Below, piece after piece: positions 9,900-18,234 of a stretch of 52,200 nt of DNA. The DNA comes from Candidatus Yonathbacteria bacterium RIFCSPLOWO2_01_FULL_47_33b (GTDB lineage Bacteria > Patescibacteriota > Minisyncoccia > Phycocordibacterales > UBA1550). Each line of letters opens with the position of its first letter. The stretch's first letter is position 1. The position numbers and the translations under genes are program-made. Location of the stretch: the NCBI GenBank assembly GCA_001823575.1, contig MHUW01000019.1, positions 1 through 52,200 of the forward strand. Reading direction: 5' to 3'. The notes beneath the pieces were generated by a model. That model had not been told where the DNA came from and searched no databases. It saw nothing but the letters and a program-made list of their open reading frames with translations.

Positions 9900-10694
9900 C
9901 TACCCGCCAAAGGTCATGAAGTTTGAGCTTTCGTAGCGGTGGACGGCGCGGTTGAATATGTTGATGGCAAATATAAACCAAGCAACCGCAAAACCAGCTA
10001 CTATTGCGACCTTGCCCAGCGACAAATCTTTTACTATTTCCACAGGAATCGTACCGATGAGGAGTGCAGGAATGACAAACATAAAGACTGCTCTCATCGC
10101 TCCTTGAAATGCACCCCCGTGGAAGAGTGCTGGGGTGAGGAACATTTCAAAGAGACCATTCACGACTGAACTTGCATCGGTAAACAAAAAACTGACTGAA
10201 TAAATAACTATGGTAACCGAAAAAAATAAAACCGTACTCAGTATCACCAGCAAGAATATCAGCAAAGCCTGCGCGATACTTGCATGTATCAGGATTCCGT
10301 AAATCCCCAGACAAATCACTCCAAACACAATATCCCCTACCGCTGATGCACTAAATGATGAAGTCACAATTCTCAAAAGTAAATTTTTAGGCGACAACAT
10401 AAAGCGGTCAAAGGCTCCCGTTGCGACATAATCGGGCAGTCTTTGAATGCCTGCACCAAAAGAAAATGTGAGCCCGTAGCAGAGTGCGGTAAAACCTTGC
10501 AACCCTACGATATCCGCAGCGGTCCATCCGCCAATGACGCCGACTGACTTCACAAAAAATACCCACAGAATAATAAAAGCGGTGTTGTTGATGGTCATTC
10601 CAACCACATTCATCAAAAAGCTCGCCCGCAGTTCGGCACTACTTTGAATATTCTTTTTGAGCGCATAGAGCGCGAAGTGTAGTTCTTGCATCAT
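9900..10694 (-). CDS. ABC-2 family permease (DUF990-like)
   Basis: Six TM helices, GGW and GAFDRFMLSP motifs, in operon with ABC ATPase. Confidence 0.85.
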   Translation of the reverse strand: MMQELHFALYALKKNIQSSAELRASFLMNVVGMTINNTAFIILWVFFVKSVGVIGGWTAADIVGLQGFTALCYGLTFSFGAGIQRLPDYVATGAFDRFMLSPKNLLLRIVTSSFSASAVGDIVFGVICLGIYGILIHASIAQALLIFLLVILSTVLFFSVTIVIYSVSFLFTDASSVVNGLFEMFLTPALFHGGAFQGAMRAVFMFVIPALLIGTIPVEIVKDLSLGKVAIVAGFAVAWFIFAINIFNRAVHRYESSNFMTFGG

Positions 10695-10698
10695 AGTG

Positions 10699-11499
10699 CT
10701 ATCCTCCGTTCACGGAGACTTTTTTTACTGCATGTTTAAACATACTATACGCGACCAATCCCAATACAAGAATCCAAAACATTTGTATACCAATCAATTT
10801 TAACCAAACCGTTGCCCATGATTCATACACCGTATGACTAACAAAAACCGATGCACCAAACGGGCTGTAAAGTGCAATCTTGTACATAAGGTCGGGGAAA
10901 AGTGCAACGGGCAAATACGAGCCGCCGAGAATCATCACCGCCTTGTCGACGACCCAAAACACTGGGACAATGTCCTCTATCCAAAAAGCGAGGAGTCCCA
11001 CAACCCCATAAACAAGAAGCGTGAGCACTATCGCACCAAGAAAAGTAAGGAGTAGTGTTGGGAGGAACAGCGCGGCGGTCATTGTTTGTGGAATCCCCAC
11101 CGTAAATACTAGCACCAGCACCCCTATCGTCGTCGTTACCAAAAACGGATAAACTCCTGCCCCTATCTGCCACCATGCGCGATACGCCAAATACGTAACG
11201 GGCTTACTCAACCAAACTTCAATGTATCCGGAAGTGACATCCTTCATGATAGATCGTGCAATACCTCGAAGCCCCAATACCGAAAAAGAAAAGTAAAAAA
11301 ACATACTCCACGCCACCACCGCAAAAGTCGCACCGTTTACCACGCCGTTGTTCAGCTTGAATACATACGAGTACAGAAGGAGTAAGATACCGCACCGCGC
11401 AGCGATGGAAGCAGTGTCAGCAAAAAGACGTCCCGGGTATTGGATTCGGTCTTTTACCAGCGTTGTTATTATTTTCTTAGCGAGTCGAATCTCTTTCAT
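10699..11499 (-). CDS. ABC-2 family permease (DUF990-like)
   Basis: Start MKEIRL overlapping ATPase end; DVTSG..LSKP, LGGSYLPV motifs. Confidence 0.85.
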   Translation of the reverse strand: MKEIRLAKKIITTLVKDRIQYPGRLFADTASIAARCGILLLLYSYVFKLNNGVVNGATFAVVAWSMFFYFSFSVLGLRGIARSIMKDVTSGYIEVWLSKPVTYLAYRAWWQIGAGVYPFLVTTTIGVLVLVFTVGIPQTMTAALFLPTLLLTFLGAIVLTLLVYGVVGLLAFWIEDIVPVFWVVDKAVMILGGSYLPVALFPDLMYKIALYSPFGASVFVSHTVYESWATVWLKLIGIQMFWILVLGLVAYSMFKHAVKKVSVNGG

Positions 11500-12472
11500 A
11501 TATGTGCCTAATAGTGGTCTCGAGCTCGGTATTGTACACATCAACATCCTCGACTTCAAAAAGGTTGAGGAGTTTTTTGAGTGAAGCCTGCACACTCAGC
11601 TTGTTGATATCCACCGTAACCGTTATCTTGTCTTTGCTCTGCAGAAAATATGTTGCGCCTTTGGGGAGTGCGGGAAAATCCTCGAAGCTTGTTTTAGGAA
11701 TGAGGTCAATATGCTTTTCATACGCAAAAGCTTTCGAGAGCTCCTTGGTGGGGAGGTCGTTAATAACCGTGCCATGATTGATGACAATAGTCCTCTCGCA
11801 CAATGACTCTATGTCCCCCACATCGTGTGAGGTGAGAAAGATGGTTACGTTTTCCTCTTTGTTGATGGTAATCAAAAGATCACGCAACGTTTTCTTTGCG
11901 ACCACATCAAGCCCAATCGTCGGCTCATCGAGAAAAATAATCTCGGGGCGGTGAATGAGCGCAGCGGCAACCTCGGCACGCATACGCTGTCCAAGCGAAA
12001 GCTTGCGCACTGGCTGATCAATAAACGACGTGAGGTCAAAGAGTTTTGTGAGCTCCTCAATGCGAGCACTGATACCCGTATCAGTCATCCCATACATCAC
12101 CCCAAAAAATTCTAGGGAGTCAGTGAGCGGCAAGTTTGGCAAAAGTTGTGAACGCTGACCAAAGACGGTGCCAATGCGGTAGGCAAGTTTCTTTCTATCC
12201 GTCGTGGGGTCAAGGCCGAGGACGCTAACTGTTCCCGAGGTAGGAAAAAGAATCCCCGTGAGCATTTTAATAGTGGTGGACTTTCCTGCGCCGTTGGGAC
12301 CAATGAACGCAATGCGCTCCCCCGCCACGACCGAAAAAGACACCTTGTCGACAGCGGTAATTTCCCGCATCTCTGGTGAAAACAAATTCTTCACCCACCC
12401 CGCTTTCGCATTCTTTACGGGAAACGAAAAAGTCTTGGATAAATTGGTAACGACAATAGAATTTCTCTTCAT
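11477..12472 (-). CDS. ABC transporter ATP-binding protein
   Basis: GPNGAGKS, VFGQRSQL, LSLGQRMR, FLDEPTIGLD. Confidence 0.95.
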   Translation of the reverse strand: MKRNSIVVTNLSKTFSFPVKNAKAGWVKNLFSPEMREITAVDKVSFSVVAGERIAFIGPNGAGKSTTIKMLTGILFPTSGTVSVLGLDPTTDRKKLAYRIGTVFGQRSQLLPNLPLTDSLEFFGVMYGMTDTGISARIEELTKLFDLTSFIDQPVRKLSLGQRMRAEVAAALIHRPEIIFLDEPTIGLDVVAKKTLRDLLITINKEENVTIFLTSHDVGDIESLCERTIVINHGTVINDLPTKELSKAFAYEKHIDLIPKTSFEDFPALPKGATYFLQSKDKITVTVDINKLSVQASLKKLLNLFEVEDVDVYNTELETTIRHIYERDSTR

Positions 12473-12575
12473 ATTCCTTATCATAGCAGGAAAGATGTGA
12501 GTGCAGAAATACGTATACAAAAAGGACAGTCATGAAATGACTGTCCTTAGTTTAATTACTAGATGATGGCGATTT

Positions 12576-12848
12576 TTATGCTCGAGCAAACCCTGCCAAC
12601 GCCTTTTTGTTGTGGCTGCTTGCGGCAATGCACGCCCACACAACACAGATAGGCCAAGTAACAAACAGGCCGAAACCGAGCGTGAACAGGCCGACGAAGA
12701 GCGAGACCACCAACATGATGATACCGCCCGACACCGTAGAATACATCATCCCCAGCGGACCAAAGATAAAGGCCAAGAGAAACGCTACCCCGACGCTCTT
12801 ACTCCCGCCGTCCACAACAACAACCTTTTGCACGTTATTTTCACTCAT
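12576..12848 (-). CDS. Small membrane protein (TM2-like)
   Basis: KSVGVAFLLAFIFGPLGMMY motif; three hydrophobic segments; own promoter and downstream hairpin 12522-12548. Confidence 0.7.
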   Translation of the reverse strand: MSENNVQKVVVVDGGSKSVGVAFLLAFIFGPLGMMYSTVSGGIIMLVVSLFVGLFTLGFGLFVTWPICVVWACIAASSHNKKALAGFARA

Positions 12849-13048
12849 CTCTGCAAATCTCCATAGAATTTTAATTGAAGGAACATTTCCTTTTTAACCA
12901 TGTAATGATTAAAAAGGAATCGACCCCAAAAGTCGACTTTTATAGAGTACATTATTTTTGCGTTAATGTCAAACTTTCGTAATGGTTCCAAGTTATTGAA
13001 CCATTACACTACATTGAATAACCGTGGAAGATATAGTACTATTTACCT

Positions 13049-13291
13049 ATGAAGAAAAATCTTACAAAAGTCTACGAATTCCCCGTCGTTATTGAACAAG
13101 ACGAGGCAGGATACTATGTGGCATATGCACCATCTCTCCAGGGGTGCTATACGCAAGGAAAATCTCTCGATGAAGCGCTCAGAAATATACATGAGGTAAT
13201 AGAGCTACACATCGAGGACCGTCGCGCAATCCGCGAGACCATCCCCCAACACAAAACAATCTCGTTCTCTTCGGTACGAGTTGCCGCATAG
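13049..13291 (+). CDS. hicB: HicB family antitoxin
   Basis: VVIEQDE.GYYVA..PSLQGCYTQGKSLDEALRNI signature. Confidence 0.9.
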   Translation: MKKNLTKVYEFPVVIEQDEAGYYVAYAPSLQGCYTQGKSLDEALRNIHEVIELHIEDRRAIRETIPQHKTISFSSVRVAA

Positions 13292-13301
13292 CCATACAAA
13301 T

Positions 13302-13379
13302 ATGCCAAAACTTCCTAAGACAAGAGAGATGGTCGTCGTCTTAGAAAAACTTGGGTTTTCTTTTTCTCGTCAATATTGA
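13302..13379 (+). pseudogene. hicA: Truncated HicA toxin (first 25 aa only)
   Basis: MPKLPKTREMVVVLEKLGFSFSRQY* directly after hicB; stops just before the conserved GSH motif. Confidence 0.75.
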
Positions 13380-13405
13380 CCGCGCAAAGTTTTGGAGAGT
13401 AAAAT
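13376..13405 (+). promoter_or_regulatory. Sigma70-type promoter of pilin gene
   Basis: TTGACC-18-TAAAAT. Confidence 0.55.
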
Positions 13406-13418
13406 AATTAATACATCT

Positions 13419-14024
13419 ATGTCATTGAGAAACAAACGTGTGCTTGTCCACCTGAATTTTCCTAAGAAAATGCAAGGCGGGTTTACGTTGATTGAACTTC
13501 TTGTGGTGATTTCGATTGTTTCGCTGTTGTCGTCGGTGGTGTTGGCGGCACTCAACGGCGCACGGACCAAGGCGGATGATACGCAGAGGAATCAGATTGT
13601 GGGTGAATATGTAAAGGCACTTGCACTTGCGTATGACGCTGCGGGGACGGGGTCGTATCCTGATACGGGGAACAACACTACTATGTACTGTCTCGGGGAT
13701 TACCCGACACTTGGGAATTATACTAGCGGCACTTGTCGATATGGACTTGTTGGTACTACTAAAAACGAAAACGCAACGGTACTTGAGGGACCAACGGGAA
13801 TCACAGGTGTTAAGCAATTTCTCCCATCTCTCCCAACATTAAAGATTGTTATTGAAAGCGCGACTAGGGCATATCAAGGACCTTTTTATCAATGCACTAG
13901 CGCAACAGGATGCTCAACGGCACAAATCGAATGGTATCTGCAACAGACCAATCAAAAATGTATAAAGGGGGCTACTTATACCCCTTATTCATGGGGCACA
14001 AAATGTGTCCTTCCTCTCAACTAG
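13419..14024 (+). CDS. Type IV pilin / pseudopilin
   Basis: Prepilin cleavage motif GGFTLIELLVVISIV; Cys-containing variable C-terminus; exact start uncertain. Confidence 0.9.
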   Translation: MSLRNKRVLVHLNFPKKMQGGFTLIELLVVISIVSLLSSVVLAALNGARTKADDTQRNQIVGEYVKALALAYDAAGTGSYPDTGNNTTMYCLGDYPTLGNYTSGTCRYGLVGTTKNENATVLEGPTGITGVKQFLPSLPTLKIVIESATRAYQGPFYQCTSATGCSTAQIEWYLQQTNQKCIKGATYTPYSWGTKCVLPLN

Positions 14025-14127
14025 TCGCCCTCACGCCAGCTATTGACAAAATCACCATAGTGCTCTATACTTGATGTAGTAGCAGTTCCCTGAAAACTTC
14101 TTGCAACCAACCCAACGGAGGTACAAA

Positions 14128-14814
14128 ATGAAACAACTTGTCGCAATACTCTTTGTATTTATGGCACTTGTTGCCATTGTTGCACCTGCCCGTGCCGCAC
14201 TCGTCTATGACGGCTACGCTACGGGCCCTGGAGGTTTGTCTACTCCCTACCCTGCGGGCGACAATCCGCAAGTGTATGCGGGATTGATTGAGTTCTCTAG
14301 TGGAATCCTCGCCATGTCGAGCGATCGCAATGCGCCATCGCATACTGGTGAATCGTGGACAATGACCAACTACTCCTACGCCGAAGTACAAGCAGGAGCA
14401 CCAGTACGGTTTACGTCGGAACAGTATGCACGAGCAGGATGGGTTCTTGATAGCTACCTTGGTCCTCAAAATCTTTCTCAATTGTATCCCTCCTTAAGGG
14501 TGCTGGCGGAAGCGAACGGCAATGATACGCTTGCTTCGTTAAACACGCAAGTGTGGGATATTATGTCCTCAACTTCGTGTCCTAGCAACTGGTCTTGCTC
14601 TAGCATCGTCGACACCTTCAACTGGTCTACCCTGATGGCGGTCGCCTCTGGTGGTCCGGGTCGTGACGAGTATCTCGTTCCTCTCGCCAGCCAAGGTCTC
14701 ACCCTCGCATCTGGCACGGTAAGTATCGCTCCGTCGGTCCCCCTCCCGCCATCAGTTTGGCTCTTGGGAAGTGGTCTCCTCGGCCTCGTCGGTGTCGCGC
14801 GTCGCAAGAAGTAA
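14128..14814 (+). CDS. Secreted protein with VPLPA-CTERM (PEP-CTERM-class) sorting signal
   Basis: TTGACA..TATACT promoter, SD GGAGG, signal peptide, C-terminal VPLPPSVWLLGSGLLGLVGVARRKK. Confidence 0.85.
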   Translation: MKQLVAILFVFMALVAIVAPARAALVYDGYATGPGGLSTPYPAGDNPQVYAGLIEFSSGILAMSSDRNAPSHTGESWTMTNYSYAEVQAGAPVRFTSEQYARAGWVLDSYLGPQNLSQLYPSLRVLAEANGNDTLASLNTQVWDIMSSTSCPSNWSCSSIVDTFNWSTLMAVASGGPGRDEYLVPLASQGLTLASGTVSIAPSVPLPPSVWLLGSGLLGLVGVARRKK

Positions 14815-14874
14815 GCAGTAAGTTTTCAAGTAGCACCAATCGGGTGGAGAATTACATTCTCCACCCGATTTTTT
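14798..14874 (+). repeat. Left copy of island-flanking direct repeat (gene 3' end plus terminator)
   Basis: CGCGTCGCAAGAAGTAAG...AATCGGGTGGAGAAT..ATTCTCCACCCGATTTTTT nearly identical to 20710-20779. Confidence 0.85.
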
Positions 14875-14887
14875 GTTTCTGGGGAAA

Positions 14888-15700
14888 CTATATCTTTCTC
14901 TTTTTCGAAGAAAAACCGAATATAGTTTTATATGTATTCTTCCCAAAAAGAATCGGGTGAAAGGATTTTTTAGCAAAAATTTTTTCCTTGGTCTTTTGGT
15001 TGTATCCGACCACACTCCCCTTTTCAAGAAGGGCAAAATTTTTGATACTCGACATTACCTTAAACCCCTCTGGCTTTATCACCAGAGCATCGACTTCATA
15101 AAAATCAATGGTATTTTTATTTTGTTTTTGAGAAGAAGGTTTTATCATTTTATAATATTCAAGCAGGCGTGTTACTCCTCGAATGGTATCATGGTACGTT
15201 TTTGTGCTTTTATCTTTCCCATACTCAAAACCAACTCCTAACTTTGCAGAGGACATCAGTGCATTCGACTTTGTTGCCTTCATATAAATAACCCTCTTGG
15301 GTGAAATTGCCTTCAATAAGGGTTTCATTGCGGGGGTATAATTTGTGATTATGAGCGAAGAAGCAACCCCTGACTCGGTAGAATGAATATCTACAACAAC
15401 ATCAAATGCATCAATAAAAGGCTTCATCCTGTACGCAAGTTCTTCCTCCCGGCTTCCATTTTTCCTACCGGGAAAAACTCTGTTGAGATCATCATCAAGG
15501 AAGCGCTTTTTTGCTTTAACTGCTTGTTCATTTGCGACATTAATGACAAAAGTTCCACACAGCGGTTGTGTCTTGCTAAAATACTTAGCGACCTTAAGCC
15601 CGACTCGCTCATTACCGTGTGTACAAACATTCAATAAAATCTTTGGCGACGGTGAGCAGTCTATTTTTTGAATATTCTTTTTTGAATATTTATGATTCAT
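14888..15700 (-). CDS. Succinylglutamate desuccinylase/aspartoacylase family (M14-like Zn hydrolase)
   Basis: HGNE, DLNRVFPG, DIHS, EYG motifs. Confidence 0.85.
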   Translation of the reverse strand: MNHKYSKKNIQKIDCSPSPKILLNVCTHGNERVGLKVAKYFSKTQPLCGTFVINVANEQAVKAKKRFLDDDLNRVFPGRKNGSREEELAYRMKPFIDAFDVVVDIHSTESGVASSLIITNYTPAMKPLLKAISPKRVIYMKATKSNALMSSAKLGVGFEYGKDKSTKTYHDTIRGVTRLLEYYKMIKPSSQKQNKNTIDFYEVDALVIKPEGFKVMSSIKNFALLEKGSVVGYNQKTKEKIFAKKSFHPILFGKNTYKTIFGFSSKKRKI

Positions 15701-15723
15701 ATTATTTTAATATTGTTAATTAT

Positions 15724-15760
15724 AAAACAAAAGAGACATGCAGCAAAATGCAGCATGTCT
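15724..15760 (-). terminator. Terminator after the T-box-controlled gene
   Basis: GAGACATGC..GCATGTCTC hairpin followed by T-rich tract on minus strand. Confidence 0.65.
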
Positions 15761-15787
15761 CACAAAAACTCCATAAGAAGGTTTGTT

Positions 15788-16438
15788 TTAACGAAGCGGA
15801 ACGACAACAAAAAATCCATCGTTCTCGTTGAGACTGTTTGCAAAAAATTTCTCAACAAGAGGGTCTTTGGCTTTTTTGAAATCCGCATCTTTGCGGATCG
15901 TGTTATAGATATCATGAACAATCATTGTGTCCAGATCGATACTCGGAACCTTGCAGAGCGCTGAAACGATTCCCCTCACAGCTTCGGGCGGGTTAGCGCC
16001 CATTGACGGATACGCAACACCAAAAGAAGAGAGTGAGCGCAAAGTTTCATATACTCGAGGATTTTGCGTCATTGCGGCAACAAAATCTTGCTCCTCAACA
16101 GAAATACTGTTGAGGAGCAGAATCTTATAAAGTCCGCAAGACCTGTCTCGAACAATGGTACCTCCGCGAAACATTACACGGTGTCCATTGATCTGTTCGG
16201 TATAATAAACACTAAAACCACGGCATTCGCCTGATTCAACGTGAGTAAGAATATCGATGTGCGCCTCTGCATGCTGGCAAAGACGTGCATGAATATCATC
16301 GTCCGTTGAGTCTGGAGCGAACCACAAGTACATCGCCTTTATCTGTTCAGCAACCTTCCCAAGTTCACTCTCAGACAAACCATCTGTCCGTAGAGTTTCA
16401 AGCTTGTATTGACCATCAAGTACATGCTTGGTATTCAT
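15788..16438 (-). CDS. Uncharacterised GNAT-fold-like protein
   Basis: SD AAGGAG then ATG at 16438; GFSVY..VMFRGGTIV..RSCGLYK resembles GNAT motif A; TQNPRVY segment. Confidence 0.6.
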   Translation of the reverse strand: MNTKHVLDGQYKLETLRTDGLSESELGKVAEQIKAMYLWFAPDSTDDDIHARLCQHAEAHIDILTHVESGECRGFSVYYTEQINGHRVMFRGGTIVRDRSCGLYKILLLNSISVEEQDFVAAMTQNPRVYETLRSLSSFGVAYPSMGANPPEAVRGIVSALCKVPSIDLDTMIVHDIYNTIRKDADFKKAKDPLVEKFFANSLNENDGFFVVVPLR

Positions 16439-16496
16439 GACATACTCCTTTCGTAATATTAAAAGAACAATGACACAGAAACCCTGAGAAGCTTTA

Positions 16497-16763
16497 ACAA
16501 AAAACTCCTCGTCTCCATACACAAAAAGCTTGTGTAAAGGGACGAAGAGTCTTGTCTACGTGTTACCACCCTTTTTTGGAAGCAAAGCTTCCCTTATTGA
16601 CTCAGACACCTTGCGGCCGACATCAATTATCCCATGATTACGGAGGAATCCGGGTCTCCACTAATGCAGAGACCACCTTGCTCATTTTGGCGAGCGATAT
16701 AGGCCCAACCCCCTAGTTTTCCTAGGGGACCTATATCAAAGGATTTACTACTATCGAAGAACT
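16497..16763 (-). ncRNA. T-box riboswitch leader (transcriptional), atypical stem I
   Basis: AAAAAAGGGTGGTAACACG (16577-16559) pairing with CGTCCC; overlapping terminator ending in U-tract; stem II, IIA/B pseudoknot with CCGTAATC, stem III. Confidence 0.85.
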
Positions 16764-16769
16764 AAATAA

Positions 16770-16797
16770 AGAGTAGCACAGCAAAAAATTCTGTCAA
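16770..16797 (-). promoter_or_regulatory. Promoter of T-box leader
   Basis: TTGACA-16-TACTCT with extended TG. Confidence 0.65.
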
Positions 16798-16801
16798 GCA
16801 A

Positions 16802-16837
16802 AATAAAAAAGAGACCCTCAAAATCAAGGGTCTCTTA
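16802..16837 (-). terminator. Terminator after trpS
   Basis: AAGAGACCCT..AGGGTCTCTT hairpin plus T-tract on minus strand. Confidence 0.75.
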
Positions 16838-16867
16838 GGTAACCGAACGAGGTATAACCGCTACGGG

Positions 16868-17860
16868 TCACTTCATCGAGCTTCGCACAAGGTCAAGTGT
16901 TGATTCTGCATTCGCTAAAGCCACGGAAGCCCCTTCTTTGAGAATACTATCTATGTATGAAGGGTCCTTCACAATTTCAGCTCGACGCGTCTGGAACTGA
17001 CGTAAAAAATCAACTACAATTGTAGCTAATAAATCCTTGAACACCCCCATTACTTGCTTACCCTCTAAATGTTCACTGATAATTGAGTCTATGTTCAAAT
17101 GAACTGCCGGATCACCACACAACTCTTTCGCAAGAGTTATATGGCTCTGTAGGCTATCAGTCATTACACCCTCAGTCGCAGTTTCTGCTGACTTTATCTT
17201 TTTTGCAACCTTAGCAAGGTCATCAGTAAGAAAAATGGCCCCACCTGGAACTGATTTGCTCATTTTCCCAGTCCCTTTCAATGAAAGGATGCGCAACGAC
17301 TTAACTTGCTGTACTGCAGGAATAGGAAATACATCCCCATATCTAGCGTTAAAATCACGAGCAAGTCGACGAACAACCTCCATGTGTGCAAGTTGATCTT
17401 CTCCAACGGGGACACTTTTAGCACGCTGAAGTAAAATATCAGCCGCCATCATTACTGGATAAAGAAACAAAAGAGCATTTGCTGTTTCAGGGTGTTCAGT
17501 ATTCTTTAATTTATCCTTGAGTGTCGGCACTCGCAATAATTCCGAAACCGAAGTGTGCCGCGCCAACAGCATTGTCATATAACTCACTTGATAAGCGATT
17601 GATGATTGTATGTAGATATTTGTCTTATTGGGATCTAACCCCAAGGCCAAATAGTCGGCAACGACCTCGCGGCAAAATTTATTTGCCACCGCAGGTTCAT
17701 TGTCCGTCAAAGAATGCATATCTGCCACAAACACCAGCGATTTGGCGCCTTGTTTCTGGAGCTCCACAAGAGGCTTCACCGCACCAATGTAGTTTGCTAT
17801 TGTAAGATCCCCCGTCGGACGGATACCTGTGTATAATTCAACTTTGTATTCTGCTTTCAT
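16868..17860 (-). CDS. trpS: Tryptophanyl-tRNA synthetase
   Basis: TGIRPTG.LTIANY (HIGH-equivalent), YPVMMAADIL, VPVGEDQ, KMSKS; own TTGACA-17-TAGTTT promoter and SD. Confidence 0.92.
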   Translation of the reverse strand: MKAEYKVELYTGIRPTGDLTIANYIGAVKPLVELQKQGAKSLVFVADMHSLTDNEPAVANKFCREVVADYLALGLDPNKTNIYIQSSIAYQVSYMTMLLARHTSVSELLRVPTLKDKLKNTEHPETANALLFLYPVMMAADILLQRAKSVPVGEDQLAHMEVVRRLARDFNARYGDVFPIPAVQQVKSLRILSLKGTGKMSKSVPGGAIFLTDDLAKVAKKIKSAETATEGVMTDSLQSHITLAKELCGDPAVHLNIDSIISEHLEGKQVMGVFKDLLATIVVDFLRQFQTRRAEIVKDPSYIDSILKEGASVALANAESTLDLVRSSMK

Positions 17861-18012
17861 GATTGCACTCCTTTCTAAATTTGATAAGAACCTCTATCGC
17901 AAAACTAACATGTATTCCATATAATGTCAAACCTCAAATCTAACAGTACAAAATAATATATCTTGAGTCTAAGACTAGATTAAAAAAGACAAAAAGTAAA
18001 GTGTAGTGGCAC

Positions 18013-18047
18013 AAAATAAAAAGCCCGCGATTTCTAGTGCGGGCTTT
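18013..18047 (-). terminator. Terminator closing the radical SAM operon, right after the small peptide ORF
   Basis: AAAGCCCGC..GCGGGCTTT hairpin plus T-tract on minus strand. Confidence 0.75.
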
Positions 18048-18062
18048 AGGTAGCATGGCCAC

Positions 18063-18158
18063 CTATTTCTTCAACGGCTTGGGCTTGAATGGTGAAAGAT
18101 CATTGGGATCACCCCATCCGCCCTGCGAAGTGCTTGTCTTGCGAACTTCTTTTTTCAT
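18063..18158 (-). CDS. 31-aa candidate RiPP precursor peptide MKKEVRKTSTSQGGWGDPNDLSPFKPKPLKK
   Basis: Below ORF-track cutoff; SD TAAGGAG 6 nt before ATG, TAG stop, terminator immediately after; last gene of rSAM-GNAT operon. Confidence 0.78.
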   Translation of the reverse strand: MKKEVRKTSTSQGGWGDPNDLSPFKPKPLKK

Positions 18159-18234
18159 TTCAATCTCCTTATTAAGATTACGGGCTAGAGGCGTCCACTT
18201 ACATTCGTCAACGCAAACACCCACAATAATACTA

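Noticed and set aside
13302-14024. hicA fragment is in frame with the pilin ORF across a TGA, suggesting readthrough or genetic code 25
   Set aside because: TGA ends conserved genes here (trpS, murB, DUF1653), no HicA GSH motif follows, and a promoter overlaps the junction
16439-16522. N-terminal extension of the GNAT-like ORF
   Set aside because: Overlaps the T-box terminator; SD supports ATG at 16438
18063-18158. Peptide as a Trp attenuator leader for trpS
   Set aside because: Only one Trp codon, no antiterminator seen, and trpS has its own promoter about 70 nt upstream; not fully excluded
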